From contig OZ316895.1 in assembly GCA_973895155.1 (NCBI GenBank), positions 23,200,558-23,264,557 on the forward strand: a stretch of 64,000 nucleotides of DNA, in the 5' to 3' direction. Every line of letters starts with the position of its first letter. Position 1 is the stretch's first letter. The DNA is from Marsupella aquatica. Lineage: Eukaryota; Plantae; Marchantiophyta. Position numbers and translations under genes: made by a program. This document shows, one piece after another, positions 1 through 12,490 of the stretch. The notes beneath the pieces are model-generated. The model did not search any database. It was not told the DNA's origin and worked only from the letters and a program-made list of their open reading frames with translations.

Positions 1-612
1 GCGCCAATTGACGCAGATGGCTTTCTGTCTCTCTATCAATTATAGCTAGAGAGTCGCTGAATCAAATTGGAATGCCCATAGTCTCTTTCGTGCAGCTCCG
101 TCGACTGTAGTACTCCCGCAGCTCCAATTAATGCAAATAAAAGTGTGTCTCTCTATCGATAGCTAGAGAGTCGTTTTATCAGATGGAATTCGCTGAATCA
201 AATTGGAATGCCCACAGTCTCTTCCGCGCAGCTCCGTCGACTGTAGTACTTCCGCAGCTCCAATCGACGCAGATAGTTTCAGTCTAATTATCTATCAATA
301 GAGAGTCGTCGACTGTAGTACTTCCGCAGCTCCAATTGACGCAGATAGTTTCAGTCTAATTATCTATCAATAGAGAGTCGCTGAATCAATTGAATTGGAA
401 TGCCCAGTCTCTTTCGTGCAGCTGAGCTGTGGACTATAGTACTCCCGCAGCTCCAATTGACGCAGATAGCTGTCTGTCTCTCTATCAATTATAGCTAGAG
501 AGTCGCTGAATCAAATTGGAATGCCCACAGTCTCTTTCGTGCAGCTCTGTCGACTATAGTACTCCCGCAGCTCCAATTGACGCAGATAGTTTTCTGCCTC
601 TCTATCAATAGA
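1..612. repeat. Tandem repeat (satellite-like), ~110-135 bp unit, ~5-6 degenerate copies, probably continuing off the left edge
   Basis: Recurring blocks gcagctccaattgacgcagatag, gagagtcgctgaatcaaattggaatgccc and gtcgactgtagtactccc. Unit starts near 5, 125, 260, 331, 453 and 573. Confidence 0.9.
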
Positions 613-3600
613 AAATCGCTGAGGCGCATGGGAATGGTAAACTGCGCTGAAGCATCTTCAATATTAGTCGAAGGCGAGGAACGTTTCAAGCGAACTGTTA
701 ACATGCTACCGTTTTCCCCCCAAACAGCAATATATTTGAATAGTTGGCCATGGGGCCCCTTTCAAATAGTGCGCATGAAGCATTGTGTTCGCCTTTTAAA
801 AAAAAATTACTTTCAAGAAAGGACTTTATTTATATATACCCCTGAGATTTTTGATGACTTGATTTTTAAAAATTGATAAAATCCCTACATTAGAGAGTCT
901 AATTAAAAACCAGGTGTTTATTGGAGGTTTTAATGACTTGATTTATAAAAATTGATAAAATCCTTACAATAGAGTCTAAAAACCAGGTGTTTAGTGGAGG
1001 TTTTACTTGGCAGGTCATCGATCTGCTGTTCTTAAAAACACGCTGGCTACCGCCACTAACTTGGGCGGTCACTATGTGCAATCTTGTCCGCACTTAGATC
1101 CTTGCAAATGTGTCAGCGCCCTTCAAGAATCTTGGGTGCCCTTCATAAAAATTATTGAACTTAAAAGTTGACGATGATGACAGAGTTAACCCATAATTAG
1201 GCAATTGTTGTGACCAGTTTTCAAACCCAAAACCCCCTAAGTAGGTAAAGTTTGCTTAGAAGTTGGTTTTTGCTGAGGTAGCAGATGCAAAAAACCTGCA
1301 GCAGGTCACAAAAAAGTAGGGATACAGCAGATTTGAGACTGCCCTCATTAATCCAGCTTTGAGCCTACCTCATTCTGATTCCACAGTGGAGTACAGTAAA
1401 CTGTTCCTAAGTTCACACTCCTAGGAAGAAGCGCCTTGCACTTACATGCAATTTGCACTTACATGCAATTTGCACTCTCTGATAAGTGCACATTTTCAGA
1501 CTTTGCACTCATAGATAAGTAACAAAAGTGGTTCCTCCTGGTACTAGAGTGCCTGGACTTTCAATCATTCCCTTTCTGGTCACATTGGAGAAGTTGTCAT
1601 CTCATGGTCAGATAGAATGCTAGTGCTTTCCCTAAACCATCAACTGATGGCACATCCCTACAGTAAACCCCTGTCAACTATCTCACATCTTCAACATTAA
1701 CTCCACACAAAACTGGTATGCACTTACGCACAAGAGTTTCAGATAGGATTTTGTGCTCTTACTCATAAGTGTATATACAGCCTTATACAGGGTTTCGCAC
1801 TTATATATTGTGGTTTAGTGGGTCCTCGTTGCACTCTACAAACTGCAAGAAAGTGCAAAATGGTATTGTCTGGAAATCAAAGGGAAATACCCGACACCTT
1901 GCAATTAGGCAGGTGTTGCACTTATACAGTAATTGGTAGCCTACTGTAAACTAAAGTCCTCAGCTGATTCGAAGTGCACCACATTCCATGTCGCGCTGAT
2001 CGCCCATGACAACGTTTGGTTTGCTTTTCCAGTCCATTTCCCTTTGCGCGTATCCATGCCGTGTTTGCAGCAGAATGATGCACTTCTGTCTGGATGCGGT
2101 TTTCATTTTCTTGAGACGGCAAGTGCTGACTCCTTGTCACGAGAGTGAACAAAAATTGATTCGTGACAAATCGTGAGAGAAAGTTACATCTTTCAATTTC
2201 ACAAGTCACGAGAGTGAACAAAAATGTGGTTATGTCGGGTTTAATGTGATTATGTGGTTAATGTGATAACCGTTACATAAAACCCGACATAACCATTAAA
2301 TCGACACCGACCGTTACACAGATTTCACCATTTTTAAGTACTTTTTCCCAAAATCATGGAGCAAAGTCTCACGGTAGAGGTGATGAATGCGATGAATGTG
2401 AAAAAGTGAGAAGTTTTGGACTCTCCTCCTTTCATATGGCCAGTGGTGGGGTTCTGCTTTATGGAGTCGAAAAGAATTCCGAAATGGCTGGTGGAATCCG
2501 AGATTAGAAAGGAAACGCTCTGTCGTCGACCAGCAAGGTGAGGATATTCCAAGAACCTGCGTGTCCGCATGGATCGAACCTAGAAACATTTGAAATCCTG
2601 GTGCATGGCTTTGTCTCCGATATATTCTAGAAATCCGTGAGATTGATCCCAGTTCATCAGTGCTAACTGTGGCTTCTGTTTCGACCCAGATATCCTCATC
2701 GGGATTCTCAAGTAGCGTGAGATTCTGACCCTAGCTTGCCAACTCCGGTTCATTCGGAGAATTTGCTATGCTTGCCTAGAACTAAAAAGCAAAGAGTTCT
2801 GCCTCCAAATTCTCGGCTTGAATGGAGTCTACGACAGATGGACTTCTCGACTCTTTTGAACCATGTATTTTTTTAATATTGTGTCACATTAAACAATGCC
2901 ACACTCAGGTCTGAGTGGGTGCTCAAGCTAATGAATAAATGTTGGATGAGTTGCTGTTTCCTGATCTATACACATTGGGAGACCTCTGGAACGAGCAGAG
3001 CAGATGGTGTAGCGAATCTGATCGTTACCCTTTAGCCCGGATGGAGGCTACGAAGACAAAGCTGAGGGTATCGACCGACAAGAACGCCGCCAAGAATATC
3101 CGCAGCTTGGAATTTCACTTTAAGAAGTAGACTGTTTGAGGCCAGTGGTTTGAGGACATCTACTACACAAGCTTGTTGCTGTTCAAGCTAGGCCAGACAG
3201 GCATCACTTGGACAGGACGTTCTTGATAAGTGAGGTTGATGAAATTGGGAATGTTGTCGATCATTCCCAACAACAACAGTAGCTCGTTAAGTCAAATCAT
3301 AGCCCACATTGAATACTCAATAACTTAATGTTGGTCAGCGCAAATAATTATACGAATATATGAACAGTGCCCTAAGTAACGGCGCCAACCTTTGTGCAAT
3401 TGTAGGGAGTGTACCACAATGTTCACAGTGGAGTGAACAGGAAGTCAAGACGCACTTTCGTGGCACTGAGGTGAACTGCTGCACACCTTCCAGATGTCTA
3501 CATTTGCAAGAACGACCATGTGTCTGATTTGGTCGATCAGAACGAAGGGAGCCCAAATTGGGATTCCAATGACAGACTGAGGAGCGACTCAAATGTCGTG

Positions 3601-5152
3601 AGGATTTCGGAACTGTTACTTAGCTGAAACTGCCGTGAGCAACAGTCTGTCTACAAATTGAAAGATGGAACATCGATCCAGCTTAGAATTGAAATTGTAT
3701 TAATTTCTCTGCATCGAGGAACGACAACCTATTGGATTGAGAAACTGCAGAGAAATGCATGCAACCGATTGGATCGATTGAGAAACTCAAGGATCATATC
3801 CCGGCCGTGGGGAATTGATTCGTTGAACTTTCTTTGAACAGATTTCTGAAGAGGGAGTGACAGTTGTCTCAAAGGGGATGGAAGGACCTCACTGGCATGC
3901 ATGCACTAGTTGCCAGGGGCAATTCCGGTCAGTCAACAATTCATCGTAGGTCTTCTAGCTTCACGAGGCAATTCCTCAAGAATACTTAATGGCTAAGCAA
4001 AATTTATCCAGCCTTTAACGTAAGGTGAGGAAGAGGTCAATTGATGGCTTGAGTATGAATACTTCTCAACGTATATTAAAGTGAGAACGAGTATATCGGA
4101 CGTGAAATATATCTCATCAAACAAGTCAGAAATAAGCGACTTCAAACGTGTGGTATTAGAAAGACGTACCATCTCTTATTTATGTGGAAAACTGAAATTA
4201 ATGTCACAGATAGTGAGTGAGAGCCAATTCTATTATCTAAACATCCAAGAAGTCAGAGCAAAGCAGAATCAGTACTTCATACTATTAGTATACTCCCTAG
4301 TAGCTAAATATCAACGTGGTCCTCGCTATTCAAAGTGACATTAAGTCGACGCTTCCATTGTTCCTACTTTCATTGGACCTCAGGGACATATAAATTGCTC
4401 AAAATCATTATTCAATTGTGTCGTCGTCTGAACAGACGGAAACCCAGTCGGAAACGTTTAAACGGATACAGTTGTTGGCAGGATTCATGCTTGGAAGATG
4501 TTATGTACGAAGCATTTTCAAAATATTACTGCACTGATTCATCGTCAAAACATTGCAATATTTCGTATTGAAGGTAACGATGGTCGCCATAGCTACAAAA
4601 ATTTAGAGATGGATGACACGTTGGAATAAGTAATTTCAAAGTGACCCCACGAAATTCGTGGAAGAATAATGTGTTAAATTGACTGTATGTCAATCAACTC
4701 TATTCTAATTTCAAACATTAACCGATCGATTTACAAGTCCAAATGACAGTCGACGTCTTGACCAATCTGTCCAAGACGCTTCTGACTTTTGTTTTGAGTG
4801 AGTTGAACCATATGGAGGCACATCAAGGTGACCCAGCCGAACCCGATCTCCTGAGCAACTAGTAGCCAGTCTCTTTCAACAGCTAGGAGATGGTTTAATT
4901 CAGTCCCATGACATATAGATCGAACATCCAATTTACGCTTCTTCGTCTCCATATGTTCCTGCGGATTGTTTGATGGACACATGTGGCGAGCCAAGATCGA
5001 AATGAATGTTCACGAGGAGTGATTTCCCCGGCCGGCTGCCATGCAGTAATTTGTGCGGGTTCAGCCTCTCAATCGCCAAATGAGAGAAAGTCATTCGACG
5101 CATAAAAGTTGAGCGCCAGACCCGAGAAATTGCCTGCTTGAGTCACAGTGAT

Positions 5153-5767
5153 TTAAAGACTAGCTCCGAGAGCTTTCTTGACAGCGTCGACAGTCTTAGT
5201 GTCGGCACCCAAGGCCGTGGCTAATACATTGTCAGGGAGGCCTTTGCCACCGGCAGTGAAGAGACCGCTGACGACGAGAAGCGTTCCAGGATTCTCACTG
5301 GAGAGAGCGGAGAAGCCCGAGGCCGGTTGATCGCAATTGTTTCTCTGGAAGTGGAGGAGACCCTTGGGGAAGACGAACAGATCGCCTTTTTGTAGTGTGG
5401 TCTCGAACAAATCATTGTTGGTGTCGACGAATCCCACGTCTACAGTTCCGGAGAGTACGTAGAAGATTTCAGTGGCGCGGGGATGAGTGTGGGGAGAAAT
5501 CTGCGACTGTGGCCCGAACTCAAACTGCACCGCCGTGAGACCAAGCCCGGTGAGCCCTGGGAGTTGTTGGAAGCTGGCAGCCGTTGGCGTTGCTACTCCC
5601 TTGCCTCCGGGTTGAAGGTTCCGGAACCCGGAGAAAGTGAAACTCGCCGCAGACGTTGTGCTGATTCCAAAATCGGTGGTGAGGTCCGGATCACTCGCTC
5701 TGACGGTATGAGAAACTGTCACCAGCAGTGCCAAGAACAACAGCACAGTTCCCGCAGATCGAGCCAT
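5153..5767 (-). CDS. GLP: Germin-like protein (cupin, Mn-binding), secreted, 204 aa, single exon
   Basis: ATG at 5767 (MARSAGTVLLFLALLVTVSHTVRA, signal peptide-like). Germin box PHTHPRATEI and KGDLFVFPKGLLHFQ retain the His/His/Glu/His metal ligands. The upstream 51 codons of the ORF-track call start at a non-ATG codon and are probably 5'UTR. Confidence 0.95.
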   Translation of the reverse strand: MARSAGTVLLFLALLVTVSHTVRASDPDLTTDFGISTTSAASFTFSGFRNLQPGGKGVATPTAASFQQLPGLTGLGLTAVQFEFGPQSQISPHTHPRATEIFYVLSGTVDVGFVDTNNDLFETTLQKGDLFVFPKGLLHFQRNNCDQPASGFSALSSENPGTLLVVSGLFTAGGKGLPDNVLATALGADTKTVDAVKKALGASL

Positions 5768-6021
5768 GGTTGGTCGATCAAGAGCTCGATCCAGAATGAC
5801 TGCCCTCAATCCGACAAGTAATAAATTACAGTAGTAGGTCTGTGAATTGATGGCGAATACCGATATAGTACGTATGTCTGTACAATAAAGTCGAGGTCGA
5901 TCGACGAATAAAAGTCGCAATGGAGTCGAAGGATGCTAAACGATGTGCAATGTGTCGAGTGAAGGTCAGGAGAGCAATGTACAGAAAGGGTCGAGGTGAT
6001 GAACTTTGGAGGTCGGGTCCA

Positions 6022-6029
6022 TATTTATA
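6022..6029 (-). promoter_or_regulatory. Probable TATA box of the germin-like gene
   Basis: TATAAATA on the minus strand ~255 bp upstream of the ATG, followed by a pyrimidine-rich leader. Confidence 0.55.
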
Positions 6030-6349
6030 CCCTCAGCGTGCACAGCATGGATACACGCGATCGATGGGTTGGAAGGCAATCGAGATAGCTCAAATGGGGT
6101 GGCGCTGATTCGGTAAAGCCGACTGAGATTGCGCCATGGAGAGCACGTCATTACGCGTTGTGCGAAAGGAATGCGGGACGGCTGCACGAGTCGTAGACCA
6201 AGTCCATCATCGATCGGTACAGTACTAGTCGGCTCCTCAGTAACGTGTTGGTACAAAACTACAATACAAGTACACTTTCCAAGTAAAAAATAAAGTCCAC
6301 ATTAGGGGGTCTCTAATAACCTCAAAATGTGATGGATTTTAACTTATCC

Positions 6350-6830
6350 AGTTAAGGTTGTCCTTTAAGGTTGCAGACAGAAAAAATAATATATATTTAG
6401 GTTTTCTGTTAAGGTTGTAGACAGAAAAAGTTATATATATATTAATCAGAGATCCAGTTAAGGTTGTCCTTTAAGGTTGCAGACAGAAAAATATATATAT
6501 ATATATTTAGGGTTTTCTGTTAAGGTTGTAGACAGAAAAAGTTATATATATTAATCAGAGGTGTCCGTGAAGTTGTGAAGTTGAGAAGTTGCGGACAGAA
6601 AAAGTTGTATAAGCTAAGGTTGTCTGTGAAGTTGCAGTCAAAAAAAGTTATATATAGTTAAGGTTTCCGTTAAGGTTGGAGACAGAAAGAGTTATATATA
6701 GTCAAGGTTGTCCGTGAAATTGCGGACAGACAAAGTTGTATAAGCTAAGATTGACTGTGAAGTTGTGGACAGAAAATGTTATATAATAGTTAAGGTTGTC
6801 CCTCAAGTTGCAGATAGAAAAAGCTAAGTA
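6350..6830. repeat. AT-rich minisatellite built from (t)aaggttg(t/c)...agacagaaaaa(g)ttatata units (~40-55 bp)
   Basis: About 10 degenerate copies, including a near-perfect ~115-bp duplication (6347-6450 vs 6452-6560). Confidence 0.85.
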
Positions 6831-9203
6831 TGGACAGGTAAATTCATAATCCATAGCTTTTTGTGGTAGAGATGGGTCATATACCATGACCATAAGTCAC
6901 TGTAGAGGCTAGTGAAATAAAAATACAAAACTTTTACATAACCCTGCAAAATAGGTATGGTCATTTGTTAGATTATGTCCAAAAACCATCATCTCAAACT
7001 GAAGCTTACAGTCGCCCTATTACTGAAGCTTAGAGATGCCCTAATAGCAGTGAAGTGTGTAATGACCCATGTTACGTAGAGAAGCAAAACCAGGAGCAAA
7101 ACTCAGTGGTTAGGATTGGACTTCAGTTGTGCATATTTTGGTACTTGCTTTTGACTAAAGTTGAAAAGCTTTTAGTAACTATGTATTTCACTGACAAACG
7201 AAAGTCAGAAAGTTTTCATTCCAGAAAACTTTTTCATGATGTTATTTTCATTTGTGTACACTGTTTAAAAAAATAGGCAACGCATGACTCGTTAAAGAAG
7301 TTTACACCTGATAACTTGTTTCTTTTAACTTCTGCGAAAATTGCACAAAAAGCTTCATGATTGACCTTTGTGAATAGTTATTAGCCAAGAAATTGTTGTT
7401 GCCATGTTACCTTTGGGAAGAGTAAACTACAAAGACTGGTCACTGCTATTGGGACTAGCATCTACTTAGTGTGAGTGGGAAATCAGTGTTATATGAACAG
7501 TGAGTAAGAGGGGAGTATGGCCTACCTACGTTAACTCATGCATGCTAGGGCCAAGAATTTTCACAAGGAACCCTTCCTCCCGGAGTAACCAGGGACACCC
7601 ACCTTCTTTCCAGTGGGAAAAAATAACACTTCAAAATGCATGTTAAGTTTGTTATATGTCACTCTAATTAATTCACACATGCTAGCATAGAGAATTTTCA
7701 AGACAACCTGGTGCACCCACCTTCTCTCAATTAATTTGGGAGAAAAACAATTGTTGAAATTGCATGTAAAGTTTTTAAGGTAACACAAATTCACAATTAT
7801 TGTAGCCAACATTTTGCTTCACCACAATTGAGCTAGGTGACTTAGGAGTTTTGTCTGTATTGGGGGTTACAGTCTAAGTAGAGGCTAGAGTAAATCTGTG
7901 TGGGGTGACTTAGCGGCAGCCAGGTATGGATGAAGTATCCCACTCGCGTTTCCACTCCATGTACTAAACTATTTACTTATTTAGGATGGTCAGTGTAAGC
8001 CAAGGCCAACTCAACCCCCCCAAAATAATAATTTTGGTTTAATGCACCTCTACCCTCAGGTCAACAAAATTCAGTGTATAATGATCATTCTATTAAACCT
8101 TTGCGAGACAGGCGTACGAAGATAGTATAATTATTGTCAATGCCAGTGTCAATGCTCATATTAGCTGTGTATTTGTTTCTAAATGATCTTTTCTTCCTAT
8201 CTTAATTTTGTTTGCAACATGGTCAGACCAGAACGATGTGGCATATACCAAATTAAGTTTGTACTCCAGTATAGATATACTCAAGTCCCTTGGAATGTCC
8301 TAAAGAGTATCTTTTCATTTGGATATATTGTCGATGTACAAAGATTGCTAACAAGCTTGTCTCGATGCTTGTGCCCTATTGAATTGATCATCAGTTCTTA
8401 ATACAATTGCTCAGTTTAAACACAACAAATACACTACAGTATGCGCTGGCATCAAGCAATTAAGTGGACGAAAAGACACATTTACTTGATACTGCTCTGA
8501 AGTGTCGACATGTGGGACATCCAAAGTAAAAGTAGTTTGAGATCATTTGGTTCTATTTATGATGCTTGCAACTTAATGGGCAAGGTAATCTGCTAAACAC
8601 TTTAAAAGGAAATGTTGAGCTCTGGTTTACAATTTTCCCTGACTCTCATAGAAGGTGTATTTGTGTTACTTAATTCTCAATCCCCTCTGTTCACCCTATC
8701 CATAGCCATTGAGTCACTTCCATGCATACTGTCTTGTTGAGTTTAATAAAAATAATATGTTGGTCACCCATGCATGCATGCACTTGGCAACACTCAACAA
8801 ACACACAAGCTAGTAGGCAACACAAGAAATACATGCAGGTTCACCCCACAAGAGACTCCGTCCACAAGAATATTAAACAAGAAAATAAGAAAATTTTACT
8901 GAACTTTAAGCCCGATCCACACATACACAGTGTCCATAAACTAAGCTCTTATCTATCATATATTGGCTTCATATTAACAATGATTGAATCTGAGCTCTAC
9001 ATACTATCTAAATAGTGCTAATGTATAAGTGTGCACATCTAATCACAACCAAATTCTTGATTATGGTTTGATAAACTGAGTGTAATTAGTAATTCTAGAC
9101 CTAAGAATAAATGTTTAACAAAATATTATATTTTATTAGAATTTCACCAATTTAACGTAAGGAACGATATTATGTGGTTACATCATGCAGCTTATTCTGA
9201 TAA

Positions 9204-9615
9204 ATTCACACGAATAACATAGAAAGGTCAAGAGGAAGGTTTATGTTGGGCTGTACCGTGGTTATATGATAGACACGAGTTCAGAGAAAATGTTTTGGCC
9301 ATTAGACTTATCTCAACGACTCTTTTAGTGCAAGTTTTACCAAAACATAATTTCAGAAAAGAACCTATGTACGCAAGCTTGCTTATCCATGATATGACTT
9401 GTGACTCATATTCACACGAATAACATAGACAGGTCAAGAGAAAGGTTTCTGTTGGGCTATACCGTGGTTATATGATAGACAGCAGTTCAAAGAAAAGGTA
9501 TTGGCCATTAGACCTATCTCAACTACTCTTCTAGTGCAATTTTTACGAAAACATAATTTCAGAAAAGAACCTACGTCCGCATGCTTGCTTAACCATGATA
9601 TGACTGGTGACTCTT
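9204..9615. repeat. Tandem duplication, 2 x 206 bp
   Basis: attcacacgaataacataga starts at 9204 and 9410. The copies stay colinear with scattered substitutions through ...gatatgact(t/g)gtgactc. Confidence 0.9.
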
Positions 9616-12160
9616 AGTTCGCTGAAAAAAACTTAGAACGACATGATAAAAGCAGTACAAAATATGTAAAGAAGTTTTTCAAACCAGGCACATCCAAAAA
9701 TCATGACTTCCGGATAAGTGTACTGCCCAATTATCTCTCTCAAGTAAACTCTGACCGCAATTTATGCCATTCCTTGCAATACAATGACAATTGACAGCAT
9801 GGGTTAATTAACCAGTGGAAATGTTTTAGAGCTATGTGAAATTCACCATATTTAACAGATGTGGGATGACTCATAGTGTTTGAGTACATCAAACAATTTG
9901 ACACATTCGACAATTACAACTAGTCATGGACGCATCCGAACTAAGGCCCACCTTTCAAATTTGTAGATCATTTGTCGATAATGGACTTGGGCGCTGGCTG
10001 GAGGCGTGGATTTTCGCTGCTTATGGTAGCACTCAGAAAAATCCTAAGTTCTTGCTGCAGACAACAATATCGAAGGAATTTCAATCCAGGATAGGGACGA
10101 CTTTCAGATGCCAGACCTGGCTGGAGGCGAATGTGGATTGTTGCTTACGGGCGAGCTTAGGAAATCTGAACATACCGAACGATTTCACTCATTCCGCTTG
10201 GCCCCATTGAAACTCCTCATGATCGATAGGCAACGAGCAGTCCCCATCGGTGAGTATTGCAAATGAGACCGAGATCCCGCTCCTCTTGGTCATATCCCAA
10301 GTCGGGCCATTGTACTGGGGAGTAAATCAGCTCGGCGAGCGAACGACAAACGTAACCGGGTAAGTTTCGTTTACCGTTAGCTGCTATCCATAGCTTTTCC
10401 ACAACGAGCCCACAAAGAAGGAGGCGGTGTTGAATTGGAAGTGCTCATGAATTCCAACTGCGGCAGCTCTAGCTGTTCATTGCCATCACTGCCGGTGCAG
10501 CTGCTAGCTACGTACTGCGCCTGCAATTGTTGGACTACGAGCAGGGATAGTAGTAACTTCCACGGCAACGGATCCGGCACTGAAAGCGAAGAATAGTCTA
10601 CTAAAGTCGATCGCTCGCGCATGCAATAAGGTGCAGCAGAAGATTGGGCATTATGCCAATGGAGATTGGCTCCATGTTTCGCGGAGAAATTAAGACGATC
10701 GAACCACATTCAGCATGGGGGAGCCGATGAGATTCGAAGCTTGACGCACCTAGCGAGAATGCTTCGAACTCAAGGTAAACGTACTGGAGACTTGGTGTTC
10801 GGATTATATCGCCTGAATAACATCCTCTACTTCATAATATCTTCATATATATGCCGTAGTAACTTACCCTAAAACCCTAAGCATGAAGACTCGGGTGATT
10901 TTGCTTGTTGCTTTCATCTGTGTTTATGTTGTTGATTTTCAGACTAATCAACTACGAGCCATCCATATATATCACTGTGGCTGTCACCAAAGCATTTGGT
11001 TATCAAGCACGTACAGTTTACCAACTGCGATTGGAGATTCAAAATACCAGTCTAGGGTAGATATGGATTGATTTCATGGAACGTACGAGATAGTGGACCT
11101 AGAATCTTGTGGATCAGAAACAAGCTTTAATTTGCACATAATTATCGTCGTGTGCGCAGGCACAAGTCATAGTAACTATATACTCTAGAGCGCGGACCAT
11201 CTGATAACATTCAATGTTTAAAATACATGTAAAGTGTTGTTTAAGTAACACTAATTCTTGCATGACGGCCGAGTATTTTAGGGTCTAACACCAATTCACT
11301 AGAGTAGCCAAAAAAGTGTTTCACCAGAATTAGTTAGTAGCACTCACTATTTTCCATCAACAATGTAGGTTCTCTCTAGCTACACTACTGACAAGTTGTG
11401 CCAAGATCACACTGTATGGGCCAGGGTGCTTAAATAGGGGAAGGTATACGGAGAGGTGTCCCACTCTTGAATGTGCTCATTTTGGCCTTGGCTCATTTTG
11501 GCCTTCAGTTGGCTCATTTTGACTACTTGTTTCGGCATTGGATCATGTCGACTACTCATTTCAAAGTCAGCTCGTTTGGCTGCTCATTTCTGCTTCCATG
11601 GTGGAGGATTAGGCCATATATGATGCACAATATATTCCATAAATCTTTACAAAAATATATTCCATAAAATTAACACTCTAACAGCGTGTTTGTACAAAAA
11701 TCTGCACAAATTAACACTCTAACTCTTGGTTAACTCTCTAACAGTGTTTCTTTGAATTCTTTCTCACAATTTGATATAGTTGAGGATCTAGCTTTGGTTC
11801 ATTTGTGCTTGGTTTATCTCTCTAACGTTTTGGGTCTCATTCATTAATTTCAGTTTCTAGCACTCATTTTGGTTTGTTCAGTTGGTGCTCACCAGTTTGT
11901 TAATTTTTATCCAATTGAGACTCTAACAATGCTCTGGCTCTAAGACTTGCTAGATTTCTGTGTTCAGTTTATGCTCGGTTTTGATTCAGGACAACCGGCT
12001 GATTTTGGCTAGTGGGGTGGGAAACTGGCTAATGGAATTGAAGACGAGAAAAACCTATACAAAATTCCTAAAACTGATTGAAGATTCTCAGTGAAAATGT
12101 AATGAATTTTTCCCACTAGCCAGGGTAAAGCGGATTAACTTATACGGTCACCAGGGAGAT

Positions 12161-12490
12161 TTGAGAGTTTATTATTTAGTACTTTGCCATGAAAATTAGC
12201 GAGATTTACTAATTATATGTCATGCTTTTCATTTTATTGAGTACAATTTTAGCCAAATATAGGTCAGGTTAGTTTCGGTGACAATAAAATAGAAATGAGG
12301 GCATGTTAGGGAAGTTTTCTAGTTTTCTGTTTGTCCTTTATTCGAAAATTTGGTCACTGAGCACTTAATTTGTCAAACATGGTGTTACATCCTGGCTTCA
12401 ATAGTTTCAAGTTTTTAAGAACAAGAAAACTCAGGGCTTGCATTTGCCATCCAATTTCGCTACTTTTCATGGCAAAACAATAAATCTCAA
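12161..12490. mobile_element. Possible MITE remnant
   Basis: Imperfect inverted repeats: ttgaga..tttatt...tttgccatgaaaattagcgagatt (12161-12206) vs the reverse complement of 12453-12490. AT-rich interior; no target-site duplication identified. Confidence 0.35.

Noticed and set aside
1-612. Repeat array as a CRISPR-like locus
   Set aside because: Whole units are repeated with no unique spacers, there are no cas genes, and the context is eukaryotic.
5768-5920. 51-aa N-terminal extension of the germin ORF
   Set aside because: Starts at a non-ATG codon; the signal peptide begins at ATG 5767.
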